In this document: piece after piece, positions 1 to 9,405 of the stretch
How positions within the stretch are numbered: position 1 is the stretch's first letter
Layout of the letters: each line of letters begins with the position of its first letter
NCBI GenBank assembly: GCA_963759415.1
Contig: CAVWZG010000002.1
Coordinates: 823,410 to 887,409, forward strand
Length of the DNA stretch: 64,000 bases
Source of the DNA: an uncultured Verrucomicrobiae bacterium
GTDB taxonomy: Bacteria; Verrucomicrobiota; Verrucomicrobiia; Limisphaerales; Palsa-1400
Direction of reading: 5' to 3'
The notes under the pieces: model-generated
Database searches by the model: none
What the model saw: only the letters and a program-made list of their open reading frames with translations
Told to the model about the DNA's origin: nothing
Position numbers and translations under genes: made by a program

Positions 1-599
1 CCATGCGAATGCCCCGCCAGCATGAGATCGAACTTGTTCGTGACCCGTTCCGCCAACAGCGGATAATGCAGCAGCAGGATGTTCTTCGTCCCCTCCCGCG
101 GCGCGAGCATGGTCGGCGCTCCCCGCAAACAAGTTGCCCCGGCAATATGGATCTTCCGATCCGCCGTCATCACTTGGGAATTCATCAACCAGGCTCCGCC
201 GGTGCGGGCGAAGGACTTCTCAAAATCGCCAAAATTCGCGTGGCTCCAGTATTCGTGATTGCCCGGCACGCCGTAGAGCGGGGATTTGATTCCCTCCAAT
301 ATTTGCAGCGCCTCCGCCACGTACTCTTTCTGCTCGATCAGATCGCCCGTAAAACAAACCGCGTCGGGCGAGAGGGCGTTGATTTTGCGCACGACCGATT
401 CCAAATAAGGCCGGTCTCCTTTATGATGAATGTCCGTGATATGAATGATGCGATGGGACGGCTTCGCTTTGGCCAGGCGGATGGACTGCACCTTGACCCA
501 CTCCGGCTCGACGCATTTCATATCGGCCCACGCCAGCGCCGGCGTTGCAAACGCCGAGAGAAAGAAAAACCGCCGCCGGCTCAAATTGCGAAAAGACAT
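1..599 (-). CDS. calcineurin-like metallophosphoesterase, N-terminal part (gene runs off the left edge)
   Basis: My own minus-strand translation from the ATG at 599 gives MSFRNLSRRRFFFLSAFATPALAWA (twin-arginine-type signal), then the motifs ITDIHH, TGDL, GNHEYW and GHSHG. It is absent from the ORF track because it has no in-window stop. Listed + ORF 3..638 is its shadow. Confidence 0.85.
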   Translation of the reverse strand, partial: MSFRNLSRRRFFFLSAFATPALAWADMKCVEPEWVKVQSIRLAKAKPSHRIIHITDIHHKGDRPYLESVVRKINALSPDAVCFTGDLIEQKEYVAEALQILEGIKSPLYGVPGNHEYWSHANFGDFEKSFARTGGAWLMNSQVMTADRKIHIAGATCLRGAPTMLAPREGTKNILLLHYPLLAERVTNKFDLMLAGHSH

Positions 600-983
600 C
601 TTCACTTTAGTTGGACAGTGTGGCCGGATAAACGTTGAAAGCGAACAAGAACCGCGACTTTGGCAGGGCGAGGCTCTCTGCCCGCCATAGCCTCGGCGAC
701 GGCGGGCGTCGAACCCCAACTCGATCGGTTGGCGAAACAAGGCTGCGATCAAGAGTATCGGTCAGCAATTGGTAGGGTCGGCGCTGCCGCGCCGCCCACT
801 TATTCCCTTTTCCAGATTCCTCATTCATCGTCTCGTCGGGGTCAAACCGTACTATCGGCTTGTTCATGTGAAAAGCCATCGGGGTCGCATCTACAATTTG
901 TAAGCGCCATTCGGGTCACCCATGCTCTGCACGATTGGCGGAATAAGCGCCTCGGCGCAAAAACACATGTTTAATAATGCATG

Positions 984-1011
984 TTGCATTCCCATCTAAC
1001 AATGGTATAGT
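984..1011 (+). promoter_or_regulatory. sigma70-like promoter inside repeat copy A (TTGCAT, 16-nt spacer, TATAGT)
   Basis: TTGCAT at 984-989, 16-nt spacer, TATAGT at 1006-1011, AT-rich stretch gtttaataat upstream. The same arrangement is conserved in copy B. Confidence 0.45.
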
Positions 1012-1356
1012 GCTTCGGTGTGGGCGCTCACGCGCCTTGTTCTTTGACATTTTGCGGACCTCGAAACCGCCAAGGCGAAAAAACGGGAAGGCCGGTCGAG
1101 GATGGCTTACGCTTCCTCCTTCAGCCTTTGGCTTGGTTCCCCGGCGATATGACTTAAAAAAAGGAAATATGCTGCACGTCCAAAATCGGCAAATTTTGCC
1201 GGTCAAGCCCAGTCGCACCGGGTCGCATCCAGTCAAACTGCAGTCCCGGTCTGTCCAATCCCTGCCCGCCGTAGCCTCAGCGAAGGCGGGTGTGTCAATC
1301 CCTGCCCGCCGCAGGCTTGGCGAAGGAAGGTGTGTTAATCTGTGGCTTAAGCCCAG

Positions 1357-1413
1357 CCCAGTCGCACCGGTCAAGCCCAGTCGCACCGGTCAAGCCCAGT
1401 CGCACTGGTCAAC
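1357..1413 (+). repeat. 3 x 19-nt tandem repeat (cccagtcgcaccggtcaag)
   Basis: Units at 1357-1375, 1376-1394 and 1395-1413 (the last has 2 mismatches). Single related copies at about 1201-1221 and about 1709-1729. Confidence 0.9.
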
Positions 1414-1509
1414 AGGACAGACGCATCTAATTAAGATCGGTTCATAGCTGTTTTCAGTGGATTTGGCTCAACGAGGCAACTTCCGGGGAGCGCGTGCGTC
1501 TCGCGCGCG

Positions 1510-1532
1510 GTGTTTGGCGTCCCGCCAAACAC
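1510..1532. repeat. REP-like hairpin (gtgtttggcg tcc cgccaaacac)
   Basis: Perfect 10-bp stem with a 3-nt loop inside an otherwise non-coding 1.16-kb gap. Confidence 0.7.
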
Positions 1533-1763
1533 ATCTTCGCCGCCTATGTCCGCCCGCATGGGACGAGCGGACGTGCCTGCTGCGAGATGTTTCTTGAAGA
1601 AATGGGGGAAGGGCGGCGCGAGACGCAGCGCCCAGCGACCGAGACGGTCGCGCTCCCGGAAGACTTGCCGAAACAGCGAAGAAATATTTAGATGCGCCTG
1701 CCCTGCACCGGTCAAACCCAGTCGCACCGTCATTCGAGTGGTCCTCACTATTGACACTTTTTA

Positions 1764-2458
1764 TCAATCCTCGGAAGTTGGTGTTTTGAAAGTCAGTGGA
1801 GATTGAGATGCGACGGTTAGCTTGCGGAGCAGCGGTTCTACGGCGCGCCAGATTTCCCGGGTGACTTCCTCCAGCGGGATGGTGGCGTCCATGGGGCGCA
1901 CTCGGATAGGTTCCTCGGCGGCCAGTTTTTTGTAGCCGGATTCCACGCGCTCGAAAAAGTGCCTGCCGGCTTCCTCCATGCGGTCGCGCACAGGCTCCAG
2001 ACCGGGCAGCAGCCTGGCTTGGCGCCGGGATTCGCTGACCTGGACGGGTACCATCAATAATACCGTTAAATCGGGGCGGGTGGCTCCCACGGCGCAGTCA
2101 ATCATGTTTCGGATGACGCCTTGGTCCAGGCCGCGTCCATAACCTTGATAGACTACGGTGGAATCATAAAAACGGTCGCACAGGACAATGGCGCCGGCGG
2201 CCAGGGCCGGACGGATGGCTTCGCGCACCAATTGCGCCCGGCTGGCGTTCATCAGGAGCAGCTCCGTTTCGGGGGTCATGGCGTGGTTGGCCGGGCTGTG
2301 TTTGAGGGTGTGGCGGATTTCCTCGCCGATGGGTGTGCCGCCCGGCTCGCGGAACTTCCGCACGTCGTAGCCCTGCTCGCGCAGGCGCCGGTCCAGGATG
2401 TCGATCTGGGTTGATTTTCCGCTGCCCTCGGTGCCTTCGAAGGTGATGAAAAGTCCGC

Positions 2459-2462
<4 letters not shown>
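1764..2462 (-). CDS. tmk: thymidylate (dTMP) kinase
   Basis: 232 aa. Motifs FITFEGTEGSGKSTQ (P-loop), FREPGGTPIGE and CDRFYDSTVVYQG. ATGA overlap with the cysS stop. Confidence 0.95.
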
Positions 2463-3874
<1,412 letters not shown>

Positions 3875-3952
3875 GGGGTGGCTATGTATCCCCCCTGGCC
3901 TGGAAATTCAATCCCGCAATGGCACAAACCAATCAAAGTGTTGTGTGCCACA

Positions 3953-4170
3953 TCAGATTTGGGCCGCCGTAGGTGCGTCGGTGAAGGCGATGAGGGTGTC
4001 TTTGGTGTTGGAGAGGATGACGCTGCTTTTGCCTGTGGCGGTGTTGTGGACGGAATAGCCGCGCCATTGCCGGTGATGGTGTTGCTGAAGACGACGCCTG
4101 TGCCGGAGCGAAATCCGATGGCATCGGGATAATCGCGCCCGGTGAGAGTGATGGTGTTGAGGTAAATCTC
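3953..4170 (-). pseudogene. possible relic of the C-terminus of a beta-helix repeat protein (frameshifted fragment)
   Basis: One minus frame reads EIYLNTITLTGRDYPDAIGFRSGTGVVFSNTITGNGAA. A neighbouring frame continues GYSVHNTATGKSSVILSNTKDTLIAFTDAPTAAQI then stop. No start codon and no upstream coding sequence. Confidence 0.25.
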
Positions 4171-4246
4171 TTACGTTTCGCGGCGGGGGCCACTTATCCT
4201 TTTGACGGCTTCGCCTATTTCCCGTAGCTTCCAGCGTCGGATTTGT

Positions 4247-7200
4247 ATGATAAATTTTCTCATCAGGAAGATCGCCGGCTCGAACAACGAACGGCAGGTG
4301 AAAAAGATGCGGCCTCGAGTGGCGAAGATAAATGAAATCGAGGCCGGCCTGCAATCGTTGCCGGATGAAGCGTTGCAGCAAAAAACGGAGGCGTGGAAGG
4401 CCGAGTTGTCCAAAATCGAGGACGACAAGGAATTGGCCCTGCGCCTCAACGATATGCTGCCCGAGGCTTACGCGGTGGTCAAAAACGCCTGCCGCCGCCT
4501 GCTGGGCCGGGAAATCACCGTGCGCGACCACGTTTGGAAATGGGACATGGTGCCCTTTGACGTGCAATTGATCGGCGGCACGGCCCTGCATCTGGGCAAG
4601 ATCACGGAAATGGCCACCGGCGAAGGCAAAACGCTGGTGGCGACCATGCCCGTTTATCTCAACGCGTTAAGCGGACGGGGCGTGCATCTGGTCACGGTCA
4701 ACGATTACCTGGCGGCGCGCGACAGCGAATGGATGGGGGCGGTTTATAGATTTCTTGGTTTAACGGTAGGCTGCATTCTGCATGATCAATCGCCCGCGGA
4801 ACGCCGCGCGCAATACGATTGCGATATCACCTACGGCACCAACGCCGAGTTCGGGTTCGATTATTTGCGGGACAACGGCATGGCCACGCGCAGGGAGGAA
4901 CAGGTCCAGCGCGGGCATTATTTTGCCATTGTCGATGAAGTCGATTCCATCCTGATTGACGAGGCGCGCACGCCCTTGATCATCAGCGGGCCGTCGGTGA
5001 TCGCGGTGGATAACCAATACGACCGTTTCAAGCCGCAGGTGGAGGCGCTGGTGCGGACGCAGGACAAATTGAGCGCCCGGTTCATATCCGAGGCGGAGGA
5101 GCTGATCAAGAAGCTTCATCCCGCCGACGGCTCCAATCCGTCCGATCCCTCGGCGGTGGAGCATGAGATCGGCATCCTCCTGTTCCGCGTCAAAAGCGGC
5201 AGCCCGCGCTCGACCGGGTTGATGAAGCTTCTGGAAGACCCGGAGAACATCCGGCTGATGAACAAGGCGGAATTGGAAATGCACGCCGACCAAAGCAAGA
5301 AGGCGCTTTACGCGGAGAAGGAGGAATTGTTCTTCGCCATGGACGAAAAGACGCACGAGGCGGACCTGACGGAGAAGGGCCGCAATTTCATGCGCCCCGA
5401 GGAGCCGGACGCTTTCCTGCTGCCGGATTTGACGGTTAAGTTTCACGAGATCGATTCCGGGGCGGAACTGGACCCGCGCAAACGGCTGGACTTGAAAGCG
5501 GCGGTGCAAACGGAATTCGAGACCAAGGCGCTGCAAATCCACACCATTTCGCAGTTGCTCAAGGCCTACAGCCTTTACCAGTTGGACGTTCATTACGTCA
5601 TTGAAAACGGCAAGGTGGTCATTGTTGATGAACACACGGGCCGGCCCATGTACGGGCGGCGCTGGAGCGACGGGTTGCACCAGGCGGTGGAGGCCAAGGA
5701 AGGGGTGGAGATTGAGCGGGAAACGCAAACGCTGGCCACGATCACGATTCAGAATTATTTTCGTCTCTACAAGAAACTGGCCGGCATGACGGGCACCGCG
5801 GAAACGGAGGCAGGCGAGTTTTTGGACATTTACAAGCTGGGCGTGCTGGTCATCCCGACCAACCGGCCGGTCGCGCGCAAGGACGCCAACGACTCGGTCT
5901 ATAAGACCAAGCGCGAGAAATTCAACGCCGTCATCAAGGAGATCACCACCATCCACAACCAGGGCCGGCCCATCCTGGTCGGCACCGTCTCGGTGGAAAC
6001 CAGCGAGCAGGTGTCGCGCCTGCTCAAAAAGGTGGGCATCATCCATTCCGTCCTTAACGCCAAGTATCACCAGCAGGAGGCCGAGATCGTGTCGCGCGCG
6101 GGCCAGCGGGGGTCCGTCACCATCGCCACCAACATGGCTGGACGCGGCACGGACATCAAATTGGGCGAGGGCGTGGCCGGAGTCGGCGGCCTGCACGTCA
6201 TCGGCACCGAGCGGCACGAATCGCGGCGCATCGACCGCCAGTTGCGCGGACGTTGCGCGCGCCAGGGCGATCCGGGTTCGTCGCATTTTTTCATTTCCCT
6301 GGAAGACGATTTGATGCGGCTCTTCGGCTCGGACCGGATTGTCAAAGTGATGGAGAAAGTGGGATTGGAGGAGGGGCAGGAACTGGAGCATTTCATGCTC
6401 AACAAATCCATCGAGCAGGCCCAGAAGCGCGTCGAGCAGCACAACTTCCAGCGCCGCAAACGGACGCTGGAGTACGACGACGTGATGAACAAACAACGCG
6501 AGGTCATCTACGGCTTTCGCGACGAAGTCATCAACGCGCCCGACGTGCGGGACCGCTTGATGGATATCATGGAGGAGGTGGCCACGGAGAAGGTGCGGGA
6601 ATTGACGCCGGAAAGCGGCGACCCGGCCGATTGGAACGCCCGGCCGCTGGCCGACTGGGTGACGCTGAATTTCCCGTTGCGCATCCCGGAGGCGGAAATC
6701 ATCAAGGCTGCCCAGTCGGGCCAGGAACAGCCGGCGGCAGGCTCGGCCTTCGAGGGATTGAGCGCGGCGCAATTTGCCGTCTGCCAATTTGTTTGCAAAG
6801 CGGTGCGGGAGGCCTACGAGTTGAAGATCAGCTTCGAGCAGCCCGATGCGCTCAAGACGGTGGAGCGCTACATCATCCTCAAAGCGGTGGACACGCTTTG
6901 GCAGGAGCACCTCTACGGGATGGATTCCTTGCGGGACAGCATTGGGTTGCGGGCCTACGGCCAGCGCGATCCGCTGATCGAATACAAGGCGGAAGCGTTC
7001 AAGGTGTTCGATGAATTGATGACCAACATCAAGACGGAGATTTGCCACAACATCTTCCGCAGCGCCTCGAGCATGAGGGCCTTTGAAGGGTTCATGCGCA
7101 ATCTGCCTCCGACCACGACTCACCAGGCGGCTGAATCCTTTGGCGGCGCGGCTTCCACCGCCGCCGCCGACAGCAAGAAAGCCAGCGACATGGTCATGGA

Positions 7201-7321
7201 AGCCACCAACGCGATGGCCAAAGCCAAGCCGATTCGGACCGGCCCGAAAGTCGGCCGGAACGACCCGTGCCCCTGCGGCAGCAAGAAGAAATACAAGCAC
7301 TGCTGCGGGAAGAATGGCTGA
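4247..7321 (+). CDS. secA: preprotein translocase ATPase SecA
   Basis: ORF 4202..7321. The conserved SecA N-terminus begins at the second Met (MINFLIRKIAGSNNER). Motor motif DEVDSILIDEARTPLIISG. C-terminal zinc finger CPCGSKKKYKHCCG. Confidence 0.95.
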   Translation: MINFLIRKIAGSNNERQVKKMRPRVAKINEIEAGLQSLPDEALQQKTEAWKAELSKIEDDKELALRLNDMLPEAYAVVKNACRRLLGREITVRDHVWKWDMVPFDVQLIGGTALHLGKITEMATGEGKTLVATMPVYLNALSGRGVHLVTVNDYLAARDSEWMGAVYRFLGLTVGCILHDQSPAERRAQYDCDITYGTNAEFGFDYLRDNGMATRREEQVQRGHYFAIVDEVDSILIDEARTPLIISGPSVIAVDNQYDRFKPQVEALVRTQDKLSARFISEAEELIKKLHPADGSNPSDPSAVEHEIGILLFRVKSGSPRSTGLMKLLEDPENIRLMNKAELEMHADQSKKALYAEKEELFFAMDEKTHEADLTEKGRNFMRPEEPDAFLLPDLTVKFHEIDSGAELDPRKRLDLKAAVQTEFETKALQIHTISQLLKAYSLYQLDVHYVIENGKVVIVDEHTGRPMYGRRWSDGLHQAVEAKEGVEIERETQTLATITIQNYFRLYKKLAGMTGTAETEAGEFLDIYKLGVLVIPTNRPVARKDANDSVYKTKREKFNAVIKEITTIHNQGRPILVGTVSVETSEQVSRLLKKVGIIHSVLNAKYHQQEAEIVSRAGQRGSVTIATNMAGRGTDIKLGEGVAGVGGLHVIGTERHESRRIDRQLRGRCARQGDPGSSHFFISLEDDLMRLFGSDRIVKVMEKVGLEEGQELEHFMLNKSIEQAQKRVEQHNFQRRKRTLEYDDVMNKQREVIYGFRDEVINAPDVRDRLMDIMEEVATEKVRELTPESGDPADWNARPLADWVTLNFPLRIPEAEIIKAAQSGQEQPAAGSAFEGLSAAQFAVCQFVCKAVREAYELKISFEQPDALKTVERYIILKAVDTLWQEHLYGMDSLRDSIGLRAYGQRDPLIEYKAEAFKVFDELMTNIKTEICHNIFRSASSMRAFEGFMRNLPPTTTHQAAESFGGAASTAAADSKKASDMVMEATNAMAKAKPIRTGPKVGRNDPCPCGSKKKYKHCCGKNG

Positions 7322-7330
7322 CCAATTTTT

Positions 7331-7405
7331 CTTACTCCTAATCTTACTCCTAATCTTAATTCTCTTCCAAAGGAGATTAAGATTAGGAGTAAGATTAGGA
7401 GTAAG
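7331..7405. repeat. hexamer-periodic palindrome, copy 1 (arms of CTTACT/CCTAAT/CTTAAT units)
   Basis: Left arm cttactcctaatcttactcctaatcttaat (7331-7360) is the exact reverse complement of attaagattaggagtaagattaggagtaag (7376-7405). The spacer is itself mostly self-complementary. Begins 10 nt after the secA stop. Confidence 0.9.
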
Positions 7406-7515
7406 AGCAGAAAACGCCGTCTCAGTCCACCCGCACGGGCCGGTAGGGCGAGACTCTGTCGAGCCGTGACTGTTCCACATCCCCCCTGCGGAATCGCGGC
7501 GGCGAACAGATTACT

Positions 7516-7740
7516 TCACGCACTTGTCAATACAATGTGGTCCGTTAGCCGCGAAGCGTAAGCGATGGCCGCCAGGATGTCTTCAGGTTCAAGAAAAGAA
7601 TAATCCGCCAAAATCTCCTCGTGACTCGCGCCATGACTCAAGAGGTCGAGAACATCCGTGACACGCATCCGTTTGCCGCGGATGCAGGGCTGTCCGCCGC
7701 ATTTGCCAGGCTCCACCGTGATCCGCTCCAGGAGTTTCAT
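7516..7740 (-). CDS. DUF433 domain protein (antitoxin-like), no cognate toxin gene seen
   Basis: MKLLERITVEPGKCGGQPCIRGKRMRVTDVLDLL... fits the DUF433 core as I recall it. Start placed at the internal Met with GGAG upstream, 14 nt after the stop of the preceding gene. Confidence 0.7.
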   Translation of the reverse strand: MKLLERITVEPGKCGGQPCIRGKRMRVTDVLDLLSHGASHEEILADYSFLEPEDILAAIAYASRLTDHIVLTSA

Positions 7741-7754
7741 AACTCCACAATACC

Positions 7755-9362
7755 TCACTCTCCGTCCACCCGCAGCCAAACGGTCTTCAAATAGGCCGGC
7801 TCGGCGCGCTCGATGGGGAAATCTGGGGGTTGCGGCGCATAGTGTTGGCGTGACACGCTTCTGCCTGCGCGCCGAATAGTACCTGTGACGGCCTCCAGAA
7901 AATCTTCCGGCGCGAAGGCCGCCGCGTTGGTCGAGGCCAGGAGAGCGCCGCCCGGTTTGAGCAGCGGCAGCGCGTCGGCGGCCAGCGCCCCGTAATCCTT
8001 CTCCGCTTGAAACACGCCGCTTTCCCGCGAGCGCGAGAAGGTCGGCGGATCGAGAATGATGACATCAAAAAGCCGCTTCTTCCTGGCCAGGCGCCGAAAC
8101 CAGGCGAAGGCGTCGCCGAAAAGGAATTCGTGCCCGGCTGGCTCCAGCCCGTTCAGAACAAAGTTGCGCCGGCCCCAATCCAGGTAGTTTCTTGACAGGT
8201 CCAGGCTCGTGACACGCCCGCCGCCAGCCGCCGCGCAAACAGAGAAACCGCAGGTGTAGGCAAAGGCGTTGAGGACTTCCGGCGCCGCCGGCAGCTCAAA
8301 TCCGGGCGCGACGTAGCGTTCCTGCAGACGCCGGCGGTTGTCGCGTTGATCCAAAAAAAGCCCGGTCGAACCACCTTCGTCGAGGCGCAGTTCGAAGCGC
8401 AATCCGTTTTCGCGCGCCAGAATCTCTTTCGCAGCGGGCGCGCCCCACAGCCATTGCGGGGGAGGGCGCCCCTGGCGTTGCAGAAGTTGATGATAGACGG
8501 CGCGCGCTTCGATCCGCTCAAGGTGCTGGCGCTGCGGAGCGGTCAGCGCGCCGGCGGTTTGCGCCAATAAAACATCGCCCAAGCGGTCGAGATAAAACCC
8601 CGGCCAGCCATCGGCCGCCCCGTGAATCAGGCGAAAGGTGTCCGTGAGCGCGGGATCGATAATGGCCGCGCGCAGAGCGAGCCGGGAATCTTGCGCAAAA
8701 TCCGGTGGTATGGAAAATGCCAGGGCCTGGCCGGTGACAGGATGCTCGAAGCGCAACTCCGCCGCGTGCAGGCAAAGGCGAGGCGCGGGAGTGCCGCCGT
8801 AAAGAGTGTCTCCGAGAATGGGAAAACCGTGCTCGGCGGCGTGGACACGGATCTGATGCGTCCTGCCTGTCAGCGGAACAGCCTCAATGACGGCGTCCTG
8901 GACCGAAAACACCGTCTCCGCCAGCGGCGCGCCAGCATGAGGCGGACGGCTGACGTACCTGGCGCCGGCGCGAACCAACGCCGAGCGCGCGCGGCATTCC
9001 GCGAAGGAGGGCTGGCGATCTGTCAACAGGACATATTTCTTTTCCACCCGCCGCTGGTCGAATTGACTGGTCAGGGAACGGTTGGCGTCAGGAGTTTTCC
9101 CAAAGACCATCAACCCAGACGTTTCCTTATCCAGGCGGTGGATGATGGACAGGGCGCTCCAGCGCGGGTGGCGGTTTTTGAGCCACTCGTAGAGGCCCTC
9201 GCCGGCGAAAGGGGCCGGTGAATGGGTGTTCCAGCCGGCCGGCTTGTTGACCACCAGCAGGTGCTCATCTTCAAAAACAATCATTTGCAAGTTAGGCGGC
9301 TTTATTTTGGCTCGATCAGAATCTGCAGGCAGTGCGTTGGCGTCGTCGCAAAGAGTTGACAC
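7755..9362 (-). CDS. fusion protein: RluA-family pseudouridine synthase (N) + RlmI/YccW-like SAM-dependent methyltransferase (C)
   Basis: N-half: VFEDEHLLVVNKPAGWNTHS and HRLDKETSGLMVFGKT (catalytic Asp motif). C-half: VLNAFAYTCGFSVCAAAGGGRVTSLDLS ... FDVIILDPPTFSRS. An alternative start at Met27 (9284) is possible. Confidence 0.8.
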   Translation of the reverse strand: MSTLCDDANALPADSDRAKIKPPNLQMIVFEDEHLLVVNKPAGWNTHSPAPFAGEGLYEWLKNRHPRWSALSIIHRLDKETSGLMVFGKTPDANRSLTSQFDQRRVEKKYVLLTDRQPSFAECRARSALVRAGARYVSRPPHAGAPLAETVFSVQDAVIEAVPLTGRTHQIRVHAAEHGFPILGDTLYGGTPAPRLCLHAAELRFEHPVTGQALAFSIPPDFAQDSRLALRAAIIDPALTDTFRLIHGAADGWPGFYLDRLGDVLLAQTAGALTAPQRQHLERIEARAVYHQLLQRQGRPPPQWLWGAPAAKEILARENGLRFELRLDEGGSTGLFLDQRDNRRRLQERYVAPGFELPAAPEVLNAFAYTCGFSVCAAAGGGRVTSLDLSRNYLDWGRRNFVLNGLEPAGHEFLFGDAFAWFRRLARKKRLFDVIILDPPTFSRSRESGVFQAEKDYGALAADALPLLKPGGALLASTNAAAFAPEDFLEAVTGTIRRAGRSVSRQHYAPQPPDFPIERAEPAYLKTVWLRVDGE

Positions 9363-9405
9363 AACTTCAAGTTCTTCCGCAAGAAAAATCCCATGAAAGC
9401 TCCTT

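Larger units (their letters stand above)
963..1413 (+). repeat. dispersed intergenic element, copy A (about 0.45 kb, composite of REP-like modules)
   Basis: Aligns by eye with the reverse complement of 33262-33600. Shared blocks: ttgcaKtcccatctaacaRtggtatagtgc, ggcgc-loop-gcgcc, ctctttgacatttgc.gacctc.aaaccgccaaggcgaaaaa.cggg, gtccaaaa.cggcaaatt, agtcaaac.gcagtcccgg, cccgccgtagcctcagcgaaggcgggtgt, cagtcgcactgg. Confidence 0.8.

Noticed and set aside
3-638. 211-aa + strand ORF at the left edge
   Set aside because: Arg/His/Gln-rich with no recognisable motifs. The opposite strand encodes a textbook metallophosphoesterase (DIHH, GD, GNHE, GHSHG), so this is a shadow ORF.
607-879. 90-aa minus ORF just upstream of the metallophosphoesterase
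   Set aside because: Its C-terminal half translates REP-like sequence (…AESLALP…). No motif and no convincing start context.
1357-1413. Tandem 19-nt repeats and the hexamer or 17-nt repeats considered as CRISPR arrays
   Set aside because: The repeats are directly abutting with no unique spacers, the units are too short, and there are no cas genes in the window.
916-1447. Two 156-aa ORFs (977..1447 + and 916..1386 -) in the 1.16-kb gap
   Set aside because: Both merely translate the dispersed repeat modules (…GLTG…, …SAKAG…). The same peptides reappear from copy B at 33273..33596, so this is repeat DNA rather than genes.
4760-7480. 906-aa minus-strand ORF
   Set aside because: Fully antisense to secA, with low-complexity R/G/A/H-rich composition typical of GC-rich antisense frames. 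It runs into the hexamer palindrome.
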